Shown here piece by piece: positions 32,362 through 50,439 of a stretch of DNA of 64,000 nucleotides. The stretch lies in assembly GCF_009914755.1 (NCBI RefSeq), contig NC_060927.1; one strand, given 5' to 3'. The notes beneath the pieces are model-generated. The model did no database searches and was not told the origin of the DNA. It was given only the letters and a program-made list of their open reading frames with translations. Origin of the DNA: the human T2T-CHM13v2.0 reference genome, Homo sapiens. The position numbers and the translations under genes were made by a program. Numbering within the stretch: the stretch's first letter is position 1; each line of letters begins with the position of its first letter.

Positions 32362-33584
32362 GTAAGTCATAATGAACTTTGGCTTCTGTCAAAATGATGG
32401 TTTAAGTCAGATGTTTTTAGGTAGTCTTGTCCCATGTAGCAGTCCAGTCCACACCTTTTTTTCTTTCTGTTTTTGGTAGTAGATGTATCCTTGAAAATTA
32501 TGTTGGAATTTAATGTGGATCAAATCATTTTTGCAATGCCTTACGTGAGTTTATGGTTTGTTTAAATACTGTTTTGCCAGTTGAATTCTTTCCAAATTAT
32601 GAATAACTATCCTGTAATAGCTATGTTATTAAGTCCTCATATTCTTGGGCCTAGATTTTGAACCAGCCTTCTGCCCGGTGGGCACAGATGGTCCTGTCCC
32701 CCTTCCTCCAGCTACACTGTAGGGTCAGAGAAAGAGGCTTTCACAGAGGCCCTTCCTCATTTAATCCTAGACATTCCCGGAACGTTTCTCCCTGACTCCC
32801 CAAACACACACATATGGCCTGGCTGATTCCTGCATGTGCTCAATCCTGCTCATGCCTGACCTCTCCTGGGTTTCTTTCCTTACCACCGTCCCCTCCTCTG
32901 TCTTGGCTGCTGCTCCTCTGGCCCCCACAGCCCTCTTCGGCGTGCAGCACTTTCCTCATGTGTCATACGTGGGTTTAGACTGTCGGTGCTTGGAGAGCAG
33001 AGATCAGGCCCTTCTCCTCTCTGCAGTGCCACACTTTGTGGTCCCTTGGTGAGATTGTTGACTGTCTCCATCCATCCCAGACCTCCTTGTCCCTGTGATA
33101 CAGTACAGCTCTTCCATGAAACCTTATAAAACTTCTCAGGTCCCCAGTGATTTTGTTCATCTTGCTTCTGGCATATACGTGCAAAATCTGGCAGCTCCTT
33201 TTTGGTTACATGCTTGGCAACCCCATAGCCAGCGGGGTGGCAAGGAGTGGTGGCACCAGGGAGATCTCAATGGCTGTTCCAGCTGTAACCTCAGGTTGGG
33301 GTCAGGAGTGGGATTCTGGTGTGTGGGAGGGACCTGCTAAGAACCTGTCAGAGCCCTCAGCCTTGGAGGAGCTATAGTGCAGACAGGTTGCCACAGCAGA
33401 AACCTAGGGATCAGAAATAGCAGCAGCTCGCCCATCAGAACTGCATCCTGGCTAGGCTGGCCACAACATGACATAAGGTCAAGCCAGCCTGCCAGCGTAG
33501 AGGTTCTGCACAGGGAGAGGGCTACCTCCCTGAAGAGCATCTCTTTAGGAGCACTACAGTATCCCAAGAAGTTTCATTGACCCT

Positions 33585-34055
33585 TGTATTCATTTCCTAG
33601 GGCTGCCATAACAAAGTACCACAGACTCAATGGCTTAAAACAACAGAAATTTATTGTCATGGTTTTGGACACCAGAATTCCAAACTCAAGGTGTCAGCAG
33701 GGCCACAGTCCCTCGGAAGGCTCTGGGGGAGCATCCTTCCTTGCCTGCCTTCACTGCTGGCTCCTGGCACCCCTTGGCATTCCTTGGCTTGCAGATGCAT
33801 CACTCTAATCTCTGCCTCTGTGGTCATGTGGCATTCTCCCTTGTGTGTTTCTGTGTGTCTTTGTCCAAATTTTCCTCTTTTTTTTTTTTGCATTAAAAAA
33901 ATTGATACATAATAGATGTATGTATTTTCGGGGTATGGGTACATGTGATATTTTGCCTCTTTTAAGGACACCAGTCACTATGTCCTTAGATCAAATTGAT
34001 TCCATCTGCAAAGACCCTGTTTCCAGATAAAGTCATATTCGCAGGTACTGGGGTG
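33585..34055 (-). mobile_element. MLT1 (MaLR) solo LTR, MLT1C-like
   Basis: tgtattcatttcctagggctgccataacaaagtaccacagact...ggcttaaaacaacagaaatttatt...atctgcaaagaccctgtttcc. Confidence 0.85.
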
Positions 34056-34740
34056 CGTAATCTGGGAGGTGTATGTTGTCCTACTATTCCTTAGTCAAGG
34101 CCCCGCAGTTACAGAGTTGCACTGAGAAGTGAAAGCGATAAACTATTCACTAATAAGCAGGCCTGGCATGAACTCAATCTGCATTCAGATATATCTCTCT
34201 TCCTTCCTCAGCGCTCTTGATATACTTTATTGTGTTATCACCTTAGTTGATTTTTTCCTTCAATTCTCCTCTAGTCTAACTGCCAGATTCTCATTTTTTA
34301 ATCCCTTTGCCATACTTTGATCACTTTCATAGACTTCATGAATCCTGCATCTTTTTTGCAAGATTTAAATGTTCAATTTGCCGTCAATTTGCATTGAATT
34401 TACATTAACATAACAAAGGACAAAGTGACATAAACGACACATAGTGACAGTGCAGGAATGTTGCTTGAAGGGGGTATGCTTGTGGGGATTAATTTTTTAT
34501 AAGAAATTTTCAGATTACAGCTCATTTCCCCGTGTGAACCTAAGGATGTTTAAAGATGTTACCAGCACAGTTCTATCAGCAAGCTACATACGTCCCCCAA
34601 CCAAAACCAATACTTGATTTATTATTTGTTCACAACACTTGGAATCACAATCTAAATTTTGCTAAATATAAGAAAAATTGATGCATGTTCATATTTTTAG
34701 ATTAATTTTTCAACTTAAATACTTGTCATAATAGTTGTTC

Positions 34741-34866
34741 GTATTTTTTGTAGAGACAGGGTGTCGCTCTTGCCCAGGCTGGTCTTGGGCTCCTGGGCTC
34801 AAGTGATCCTCCCACCTCAGCCTCCCAAAGCACCAGGATTACAGGTGTGAGCCACTGCACCTGGCC
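34741..34866 (-). mobile_element. FLAM/Alu left monomer
   Basis: gtagagacagggtgtcgctcttgcccaggctggtcttgg...gagccactgcacctggcc. Confidence 0.85.
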
Positions 34867-37421
34867 ATAATTGTTTCTTTTCTGATGCCTCTGAAATTCT
34901 GATTTTTATTTCAAGTCGATTCACTCAAATTGGCCTTTTTCCAATAATAGTCGTCCTTGGATAAAGTTACGCACCTTCTGCGTAACTCTTTCTGAAGGTA
35001 AGTGTCAGGACCCTTCTGTGATGCCTTTGGGGAACTGACACAAGTAGGGGTATGTCCCTGAAGGACCAGCCCTGATGGTCGTGCTGGTTGCCCACCCCGT
35101 TGTCCTTTATTCAGCCAGAATTCACTATGTGTCAGGCATTGGGTAGGTGCTGGGGACCCAAGAGCGAGGAAAAGACCTAGTCCCTGTTCTTGAAGGATTT
35201 ACAGTCTAGTGAGAGAGGAAGAGAAGTGAACAGTTGTGCTGTCCTGTAGTAGTCGGTGTTGTGATAGAGATACCATCACCATTATAGCCAACAGGTGCTG
35301 ACTGCTCTGGCAGTGCCATTCCCAGTCTCTGAGCTTGCCTGCATTACCTCCTTTCATCTTCTCAAGAAACCTTCGAGGGTAGGTACTAGAGATGTTTCTG
35401 TTTCGTAGATGGGGACTCAGGGGAGGCTTCAGTAGCTTGCCCAAGATTACGTGGGCTCAGCGCCAGAGCCTGGGAGACATTGATATGGGTGTGCACACCA
35501 GCACTCCCTGAGCACCTTCCAGTGCTAAGTATCGTGCCAGTGATGGGCCTGTGTGTCATCTCAGGTCCTCACATCACTGCCATGAGGTGGGTCCTGTTCT
35601 TATCCATCTTCCACAATTGGAAGAACTGAACACAGGGAAGTGAAGCTCCTTGCTCAGGGTCAGTATGTGGACTTAGGCACTGTGGCCCCAGAACCTATGT
35701 GCGCTAACCACTCTAAACCACTCTGCTGTGCACTTCCAGTGATAAAGGGGCATTCATCAGTACAACAATAGGGAACGGTGCCCTGTGCAAATGGGAGAGG
35801 TGTGTGTTCAAGGGTGCAGAAACATGAGAAGCCTTGGCGTGTTCTGATGGGCACGTCCTGTGTCCTTGCGGTCCTGGATGGTGCTGCTTTCCCCAGTCCT
35901 GTCACTGCTTCCAGTCGTGGCTGCTGCCTCATCCTTCTGCCACGCTCCCCCTTAACACTTTCTGCATTTTACTTCTCATTTCTCTTCCTGCAACTGCTCC
36001 AGCATCTGGGATTGATGGCAACAGGACTTGGCTTTTTAAGGTGTTGCCAGCCAGCTAGAGGACGCCTTCAGCTCTGACCCATGTGTCGTTGTCTTAGTCA
36101 TTTGTTTGTGTGGCTCTTTTCATCATATCTGACTTGGAGGCTTTCTTCTACATGCTCTTCGAGCCTCAGTCTCCTTTGACTTTTCATAGCGATCCTCTGA
36201 GACCCTGAAAAGGGAACACAGGTATGGCCTGGTTCTGGTATGTGACAGAAGGCACAGAGGTAGAAGTGCTAAGTGGCTTAGCTCAGAGCCACACGGAAGA
36301 GCCAACTCCAGGACCTAGACCTCCAGAGGCTGCGTTCATCCCTGCACTGCTGCCTCTGCTCTCAACAGCAAATTAAGACATTTCCATTCATTAACATCTT
36401 TTTCAAGATACCATATATTGAGTCTGATTTATTTTTCAAGCCACTCCTAAAAACTCCACAATGATATAGTAGTATTGATTGAACACTTCTTATGGGCTAT
36501 GCACTTTACGTGTCTTATTTAATTCTTGCTGCAACCCCAGGAGGTAGGTGCAGTTATCCCTGGTTTGTAGATGGTCACTGAGCCTTAGAGAGGTGGGGTC
36601 ATATAGCTGGTATGAGAACGTGATGGAGCAAGGATTGGAACCCACGTCTGCTTTGACTGCTCTGCTGCAAAGAGCAGAGCAGTGCCCTCTGTGTGCTCAC
36701 TTCACTCCAGATCTTCTGGTCAAAGGAGGAACTATTGACCCTTTAAATCAGTGGTTCTGTCACGTGTTTTGAGTCACGGAATTTGGCAAAAGTTTTGGGT
36801 CCCTTCCCCAGAAAAATATATTGTCACAAAAATTTGTGTTCAAATAAAGGAAATTTATAGACCCTGTAGAGCCAATGCTTATGTTGATATGAAGAGCTAA
36901 GATTCTTTTTAGACCCCTCACATGAAAGTTCTTTTAAACGTATGCATAGGTGGCCATGTTCCAGGTGAGAAGACACCCTGCAGGTTGTGGCACAGCTATG
37001 TTCTTTTTGCTGGTTTTAAAAGTAATACATAACAAGATCCCTTTGAGGTGGTAGTACTCATCTCCACATTTTATAGGTGGGAAAATTGAAGCACGGAGAA
37101 GTTAAGTAATTTGCATTGCCACACAGTTATAAGTAACAGGGCTGGACACAAAATGTGCCATACCAAAGTCACGGTGCCGTACTGACTCTCAGGTATTAGG
37201 GTAGCCTTACCAGGTGTTAATCTTTAGGATACAATTCCCAGTATATAGGGAGGCATCCCTGATGTTCATCCTCATGTGGGGTGAACAGGGTATAGACAGC
37301 TTTGGGATTCTTAGGAATCAGGGTTAAGCAACCACTAGTCTCTTTTTAGGTACAGCAGAAGCCAATGTCCTTGTTGAACTGTGTGAGATATAGCAGTTTG
37401 TAAACTATGACATATTCAGTC

Positions 37422-37511
37422 TTTTTTTTTTTCTTTTGGAACATTTCACAAATTTGCGTGTCATCTTTGCACAGGGGCCATTCTAAGTATATGTGCTGCC
37501 GCATCGAGCAC
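37422..37511 (-). pseudogene. U6 snRNA processed pseudogene with 25-nt internal deletion
   Basis: Minus strand reads GTGCTCGATGCGGCAGCACATATACT^TAGAATGGCCCCTGTGCAAAGATGACACGCAAATTTGTGAAATGTTCCA + poly(A); TSD t(a/g)ttcagtctt at 37413-37423 and 37512-37522. Confidence 0.93.
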
Positions 37512-38070
37512 TGTTCAGTCTTCTTAACCAGGTAAAAGAAGGTGAAAAGTAAAGTTACATCTGCCTTCTCACAAGCCACGTGTTGTCTTGGATGCCTTTC
37601 AGACTAATCACTGAAGGTCGAGGCAAAAAGCACTTGAGTTTCACAATGTCTTTGACCTTCTGATCAGATTTCCAACATCTGGTAGTTCTCACATCACATG
37701 AACACATCCCAACAGCCTAGGCATGAATGCTTTGCCCTATTGTTTTGCCTATAATTTTTTGTAACTTGGGAAGTGTTTTGTAACTTGGGTGTTAGCTTCA
37801 AGTTTTAGAAACTTAACAAGAATTTTATCAATAAAATCTACTCTGCAAAGTATTGTGAGGAAAAGGGCCATTTCTGTTAGAATATGTGGATGAATCTACA
37901 TAAGCCAAATCATTTCTCTCCTTATCCTGTGAAAGGGTTAGTAGGCACTGTGATGAATATTTATTGAAATTCTCATTTTGCTTTCCAATGCTAAACAAGT
38001 TATTTGTATTATGAATGGCATATCTATCTGAAAACATTATGAGATCCAAAATTGAAAATAATACAAAACA

Positions 38071-38933
<863 letters not shown>

Positions 38934-38958
38934 TTATCTATAATGCACCATTCAATAA

Positions 38959-39606
<648 letters not shown>

Positions 39607-40096
39607 TAAATCGCTTCCTCCAAAGCCATCCGTTCCTGGAGATGTTGGCTAATAGGGATGTCTTTTGCCTGCAGCTGGTAGCTGGCCTGTTGTAGGGTCC
39701 AAGGGAAGCAGCAGGCTTTGGGCCACAGCAGCTGTGAGGGCCATTTCAACTAAAACCCCAGAGTTGGTGAATAACTTTTAAAAAAATTTATAAAATTAAG
39801 ACAAGGCCAGTGGTATTCTCTCCTTTATTTGGGAGAAAACAAAATGCGGTGATAATTACACCTGATCTTGAGTACAGCTGAGCAAGAAGGGCTCACGTGT
39901 GGAAGTCAGCCATCTTGAGAAAAGCCTAGGGAGGCCAGGTAAGAGCTACGTCATGAAGGGACTTGCTGTCAGAGTTACCCTAGAGCTGTCTGGAATTGCT
40001 AAAAATTAGAAACAATCTAATTGCTAAATGGGATATGAGATACCCATTCAAAGAAATATCATGTAGACTTAGAATGAGGTTTATGAAGTCATATTA

Positions 40097-40825
<729 letters not shown>

Positions 40826-40960
40826 TCATTCTTTATAATATTAACACAATAGAATGTGAATCCTGGGAATTTATAAGAAAAATGTTCATTTTAAAATACA
40901 TTCTCTATGACATGTAGTGCTTCCATTTGTTCTGTATATATTGTATTTCTTTCTCTTTAG

Positions 40961-41083
<123 letters not shown>

Positions 41084-41313
41084 TGAACTACACTATATGT
41101 GAACCTACCTCACAGTGTAGTTCTGTATGTAATTCAATTATTGAATATTGTAATTCAGTATTGAAATCACTATGGGTAGCTCCCAAGTAGGCCTGCCTTT
41201 CACTCCTCAGCCTTTATTTCATCAGTTCTAAGATATGTGTTTGCAATCATTCCACAGAAGATTCGAGGGGTTTTTCTGAGTACTTCTTTTCTCATTAAGA
41301 TTTTAGATTGTTA

Positions 41314-43028
<1,715 letters not shown>

Positions 43029-44663
43029 TCAAAATTCCTTTTCTCGGTTGCACCAGCCACGTCTCAAACACTGAACAGCCACGTGTGGCCACTGGCTACT
43101 GTATTGAACAGCAGATGCGTAGGCATTCCCAGCACTGTGGAGCGCTTTATAGCCCACATGTACCCGTTCTTAGATGTTTGGCCTGTCAGAACCTCAGATT
43201 TCTTCTCTGTAAAGTGGGGGCTATGTAACATCTTGTTCATAGGATGTTCTGGAAATTAAATAATACATGTAATTGGGTCAGGACAGTACCTGATAATATA
43301 GTAAATGCTCAATAAATGTTAGTGCCTGCTATTTTTGTCATTATTAAGTTACTTGTAAAAGCTAATTAGCAGCTTGTTGGAACCTTCTTTTTTACAATCA
43401 CAAAAATGCCCATTGGGTACCTACTATGTGCCAGGCATTGGGCTAAGTGCTACCGATACTGAAATAAGTAGAATGTGACTTTGGTCTTAAAGATAGCCCA
43501 GAAATCATTACAGTTCAGTGTGATAAGCATAGTGTGGCATATGGATCTTGTCAGTATCGCTCTTCCTGTTTCCTTGGGCCCAATGCCTGACATCTATTAG
43601 GTGCGTAATACTTATTAAATGAATGAATGTACAAGATAGGGAATTTGCATCGAAGCTGGTGGAGACCATCTTGCAGGGCTGAGGTGGAAAGCTTTTGCAG
43701 TCATGATAGCTGAGGATAGTAAAGGATAAATGGGGCTTGCCACATGGACACAGGGTAGTAAAGGCTCTTCCAGATAGCTCTGCCAAAACGAATGCCAGAT
43801 GGGGGAGGGTGTGTCCATGAGTCAGGGTCTGGCCTGGTCCTGGGCCAGCAGGGCACTGCAGGGGATTCCGTAGGGGAGTGGCAGTGACCAGAGCTAGCAT
43901 CAGTATGGAGGGTGGGCTGGAGGCCTGGCCTGGGAGGTGGCAGCTGTAGGCGAAGGGTATTCCGTGTCAGATGCTGGGAGTTCAGCTGCACTGTTCCAGT
44001 TGACCAGCTGCTGTCTTTTATTGACAAATTTTTTAAAGGCTGCTGCTGCCTGCTGCCTCCTCTTGAACACCCCCTGATGAAAGGCAAGAGTAATAGGAGA
44101 CAGGAGATGAGGTTACTCTGCCTTCTTAGAAGCTGCCTGGCACCTGAGAACATTTCAGAGATGTGTTCCAGAAGTTTTCAGGGAGCACACCGTTAAACCT
44201 AGCTCTACTTGTCTTTCTGTTTTGGCAGATTTCTTTTGAATGAATCACCTATGTTTGGTGCACTGCATGTACCCGCGGAGTGTTTCTGTGAATGTTAGTC
44301 AGGAACACAGGCAGAATGGGGTCTCACCCCTGCTGTGGTGATTCACAACAGCTCTCTTAAGGGACTCAGAGTGGTGATACACAGCTAACTTAGAAGTCTG
44401 CTCAGCGCTGACATGGGAAGCTTTTAGTCTGCAACCTTCCACAGATGTGGACATGCGGCCTTGTAGGGGTGTTTTCATGCCTTTGCCTTGACTCATTCAG
44501 AACAGAGATTTGGAAATTTTCATAGAGTAATTGAAGAGCTATAAACTGTATTTACCTCAGTTATTTCTGAGTAGTTATTTCTGAAGAGTTCTGTCTCCAT
44601 CCGTCTTCTGCATCCTTCAGTGGACACGCACACACGCAAACACTCAAATGCTTTGCTCTTCAA

Positions 44664-45307
<644 letters not shown>

Positions 45308-46901
45308 AGGCAGTCAACTTTTGAAGGTTAAGGAGCTTTAACGTTTATATTTCCCAAGTTCAAAGTAGATGTGTTTAATTTTACTGTGTGTGCTGTTGGG
45401 AAACTGATGGGAGGTGATTTAATAGGGGTGGTGCAGACCAGCTCACTCATTCCCAGCAAGATTCCCACCATGGCAGCACCCCAGTAAGGCCCTGCATTCC
45501 AGGTCTAATCCTTTGCTTGAGGGACTAAGAAGTTCGGATTTGTTAGAGCACAGAAAATGACTTGAGCTCTAGGAGCAGCATTCATGCTGAGTGTGCTCAC
45601 AAGAGCCTGGGGAATAAACTAGAATGTGAGTTTATTAACATCAGCAAAGGCCCCACCACCTGCCTTTCCATATTGGCATGTTCTCTTCATGTAGAAAATT
45701 CAGATGCCGAAGGGTAATATAATTGGAAGGCTGCTTGGTGAGCACAGAGTTAGCCTGTGAGGAGTGAGCTGGATAATACAAGTGCTTAAGGATGTCAGGC
45801 TCATGTGTCCTTCTCCCCAAGGAGGTATAAACTGTTTTTTACTTGATACTGAAGATTCTAAGATTGTTGTATGACTTTCAATTAATTATTTTACTTAATG
45901 TGGTAGCATGCATTCTTTTTCTTGAAAAGCCACCATTGAATTGAGGTATATCAAAGAGCTGCTAACATCTAGACTGGAGGCAGTGTGGTGCATGCATTGG
46001 TCTGCCACCGAACCCTTGGGTCGGAGTCCCATCCTGTGCGCAGTGCGAAGACCTTGCCACCGTCACCAGACTCCCCATTTGCTGAGTTTCCTCACTCACT
46101 CTGTGTCACATTCTTTAACTGTGTTGATATCATTCAGCTGTGGCTCTGAGTTTGTTGATACATGTCGATTTCTTAGTCTAACTCCAGTTTTAGAGGCTGC
46201 CTTACTGGTACTTCTGTGTATTGTTCGTATATACTTATAAAGCTTTTAAAGTGCGTGAGAAAATTTCTCTTATTTAGAAAATAAAGACAATAGTCCCCAC
46301 ACAGGAGGACCAGGTGGGAATGCTTGGAAACAAAGGGACACACCAGGGTCGGGCGACAGCTCTCCTCGTGCCTGACAGCAGCAGTCTCAGTCAGATCTCG
46401 TTTACGCATCGTCTTGTGCCCGGCTCTTCCATTTTGTACCTCACCCGTTTTTCCCACATTTCTTTTCCCGTGCTTAGTGTCCATAATATGGATTCCAAGT
46501 ATCAGAATCTGGTGATTAGAATGTCTAAGATTCTTCCCTAGAATTTTGTGGTTATTTTTTTACTGCTACGTTGTTTGACTAGTCTCCCTCCCCTGCAATA
46601 GGTCAGTGACTTTCCTTCTATCTAAACTTCTGAAAATTTTCCAGAGACTTCAACTGTGAGACAGTTTGGGTCCTTTTAGCAAGAATATATACTTACAGCA
46701 GAGCCTTTTGATTAAGGTTTGAAAAACTACTCTAATTTCTCTCTATAAATATATTTATATTCTGCATATATACCCAGACACACAGGAAACTTCAGGTGAA
46801 CTGCTTTGAGGATCAGGTTTTGTTTTAAAAGCCTTTGTGTGCTGGTGGGCAGGAGAGAAAAGAACTGCAGTTTTGCCATTTGTTTCATTGATCCTTGTTT
46901 T

Positions 46902-47021
46902 AAGCCTACAGCATCCAGTATTCCCAGGCAGTCTCCACTCCAAGTACTAACCAGGCCCAACACTGCTTAGCTTCTGAGATCAGACAAGATCGGGCACATT
47001 GAGAGTAGCATGGCTGTAGGG
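46902..47021 (-). pseudogene. 5S rRNA pseudogene, full length, diverged
   Basis: Plus strand aagcctacagcatccagtattcccaggcagtctccactccaagtactaaccaggccc...tggctgtagg is the reverse complement of human 5S rRNA with many CpG-decay substitutions. Confidence 0.95.
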
Positions 47022-47099
47022 CGTTATTAATTTTTAAAGTTCACTTGAAATCATTAGAGTAGCTAAGAAAAAAAAAAGATCTTACTGCAGCTGTTAATA

Positions 47100-47830
47100 A
47101 AACATAAAGTAACAATTAAAACAATATAGTCTTGGTATAGGAAAGGAAAGATTGGGCCACAGTCTACAAACAGACCCATTTATAGATGGGATTTCAGGGT
47201 ACAATAAAAATAGCACTTAATATTAGTGAAGAAAAGATTCATGGTGTTGAGACAGCTGATTAGCCATTTGGAAAAAGACAAAGCTAAAATCCCATCTCCT
47301 AACATAAACCAAAATAAATTTCAGGTCAATTAAAGATATAAAGGGAAATTTGAAATAGAAAACAAGGATAATTATGCTTTTTTTTTTTTTTTGAGGCAGG
47401 GTCTCTCTCTGTCACCTAAGCTGCAGTGCAGTGGTACAATATTGGCTCACTGCAGCCTCAGTCTCCTGAGCCCAAGCAGTCCTCCCATCTCAGCCTCCTG
47501 AGTAGTTGGAACCACAGGCACATGCCACCACGCCCAGCTAATTTTTGTATTTTTGGTAGAGATGGGGTTTCTCCATGTTGTCCAGGCTGGTTTCAAACTC
47601 CTAGGCTCAAGTGAACCACCTGCCTTGGCCTCCGAAAGTGCTAGGATTACAGGTGTGAGCCACCCTGCCTAGGTTTTATATATTTTTGAGATATGGATAA
47701 GTTCTTCTAAGAGGCCATAATATATAGATTTCATTACCTAGAAATTTAAAACTCTATGTTAAAGACAAAGGCAAAATTACAGGCAAAAGATGAAATGGGA
47801 AGAAAATATTTGCAGCATGCACTATAACAC
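47100..47830 (+). mobile_element. Degraded L1M ORF2-derived fragment split by AluJ (47378-47672, -)
   Basis: atggtgttgagacagctgattagccatttggaaaaag...aaccaaaataaatttcagg; tgggaagaaaatatttgca. Confidence 0.7.
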
Positions 47831-49151
47831 ACAATAGACAGTGTTCTTGGCATTCCTCAGTTTCCTCAGATGTAACGTTCTCCTTCAGAGGAAGATAGTG
47901 AAGATTGAATGTAGTGTGATATGTGTGAGGTCTCTGTCCTGGAAGACACTTAGCAATGTATGTTCCTCATTGTGTCGCATCCCTCTTCAAGCTAGCCAAC
48001 TTCCCTGGGTGGAGTGAAGACATAGCTTTAGTTCACAAAATGGCAGAATATTTTTAAATGAATATATTTTCTGTAAATTTAAAATGGACTTCAATGCAAT
48101 GTTTTTTATGGGCAGTTTGGAGAAAGACGTGTGTGCTGAGGGAGGGCTAGCACTCACATGAAAAAACACTTCTTGGAAATTGTGCTTTATTTTTGCTTGA
48201 ATTGATATAACAGCTAATGACATTCAGTGATGTATACACAACGACCAGCACAGTTCCTGGCACATGTAATAGGTGCTCGTTTGGTTCCTGCCTTTATTCT
48301 CTGCCTGGTAGCAGATACATACTCTGTCTCTAAATTGTTGATAATGATCACAAAATAGATCTTTTACTTAAATGGTGAAAGTATTACACAGTGACTAGGT
48401 CTTTCACACACACAGTGACTAGATCACATTAGTAGAATACACTTTTTTCCTGGTTAGGCACCTACAACTGTATTCCCACATGCCACATGGCATATTCCAC
48501 ATGCAACATCTTCCTTACCTCTGCTTTTAGCCAGTGACATTTTAACCCATACTTTTTGTGAACCGGTCATGGTGATGATTTAATGTTCAGTCTGTGCGAG
48601 TATTCATTTCAGGGATAATTAGATTGCCATGCCAGTTAGCTAATGTATTCCATTGTTTCATAGGGATCTGTTATTGAGATCTATTTTTCCATTACAACAC
48701 TTGAGGGCCCTAACTACATTTAGCAGTATGATGTTAAAAACTATCATTAAACTTATCCTTCCATCTTATTAGTACTGCGAAAGTAAAACTTACTAATGAG
48801 ATTGCAGGGGATGTGATTGTCAACCTCTACAGACCTCTCCAGTCTACTGATAATTTAATTTTAAATAAAACCAACTCAGTTGAATTAAGATCCCCTCCAT
48901 CTGTAGTAAGTGCCTAGTCGCATTTTGCATAGATGATCAAAGCCAGTCACCATTTTAGGCCAATAAAAATGAGATATTGGTTTCATTCACTCTTGGGGAA
49001 ATGTATGCTTGCTGATAATGAAAACACATCAGTTTTTGAAGAACTTACATTTTAGCAGATATCAAGAAAGAATCTCTTATTAGGCAAGGATGGGATTGAA
49101 CCTTTTTTTCCAGGCTGTGCTATCCAGTTATTAGAAAGGGAAGAAAACTAA

Positions 49152-49232
49152 GGCCAGCCACGGTGGGTCATGCCTGTAATCTCAGTACTTTGGGAGGCCG
49201 AGGCGGGCAGATCACCTGAGGTCAGGAGTTCC
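49152..49232 (+). mobile_element. 3'-truncated Alu (5' ~80 nt only) with flanking direct repeat
   Basis: ggccagccacggtgggtcatgcctgtaatc...gtcaggagttcc between agaaagggaagaaaactaa and agaaaggaggaaaactaa. Confidence 0.85.
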
Positions 49233-50439
49233 AGAAAGGAGGAAAACTAAAATTAATTGAGCTTTTAGGTGCTTTTCATAGCTTATTAAATCTTTGTACG
49301 ATTTGATCTTATTAAATATTTAGCTAAGAAAGCATTATTATCCCCATTGTATAGATGAGGCATGGAGAATTTAAGTGATACTTCCAAGGCCCTAGCTAAC
49401 AATGACAATTTGAGCTCAGGTCTGTCAGATCTCAAACTTCAGTCTTTGTGTTACACTGTTCTGAACCAAGAAGTGCAAATTGTGGTAAAATGCAAGGGAC
49501 TCAGCCATTTAAGGAAACAACTTTATCTTTTCCATTGTACCTTTTGGCTGGTAGTCCATCTGAAAAACAGCAGTATTCTGTATTAATAAGTAGTGAGTGA
49601 TGGAAAGAGAAAAGGTCAAAATAAGATTGTGGGCCACTTGGCAGGGCTGTCAACAGCTGTGAAAGAAATGGAACGCAATGTTCACACTGAGAAGAGATGA
49701 GCTGAGTGAGGTGCAGAGACCTGCTGTAGGGTGGCTCTGGCTGTTGGGGCCTAAGCCAAGGGCAGGACTGGGGACCTGTCTTTTTTGTCTTTCAACACAA
49801 GCATTGAACACCCAACATGTGCTAGACCCCCTTCTAGGCCAAGGGAACAGCAGGCAGTTTCTGTTCTGCCAGAGTTTACATTCTAGTCGGAGGAACACAT
49901 GTAAGAGGAAGATTTTCAGACAAAAGTAAGTGCTCTGGAGATGATCAGGATGGGGGTTACTTAGACTTGGTGGCCAGGGAAGACCTCTCCAAGAAGTGAC
50001 CTTTGAGTCTGGAGCAGAACATGCCAGATAGTAGGAGTAGTGATTACAGAGGCAAAGGCCTGAATGAGCTTAGTGTCTTCAGGGGACAGAAGTGCAGCCA
50101 GGACAGCTGGAAAGAGCAGTGGTAAGATCATGCAGGGACCTGGAGCTGGTGGCAAGCAGTTTGGACTTTATTCTAAGGGCAGTGAAATCTCTTTGGAAAG
50201 TTTTAATTAGGGGAACGACGTGATTTTCGTGTGCCAAGAAGATGAATCTGGATGCTATGGAGAGTGGACTGTAGAGGGCTCAGAACAGGGAGGGTGTCAC
50301 AGAAGGCAGGAAGGAGCCACCCACAGACTTGGGACCAAGAAGGCAATAGGAAAAAGTGGAATAGAAGGTGACCACCTTCATCTCCAGAAATGCTCTAGAT
50401 TAGGATTTGGGTAAAACTAAAGTAGTGGTCCCTCGTATC

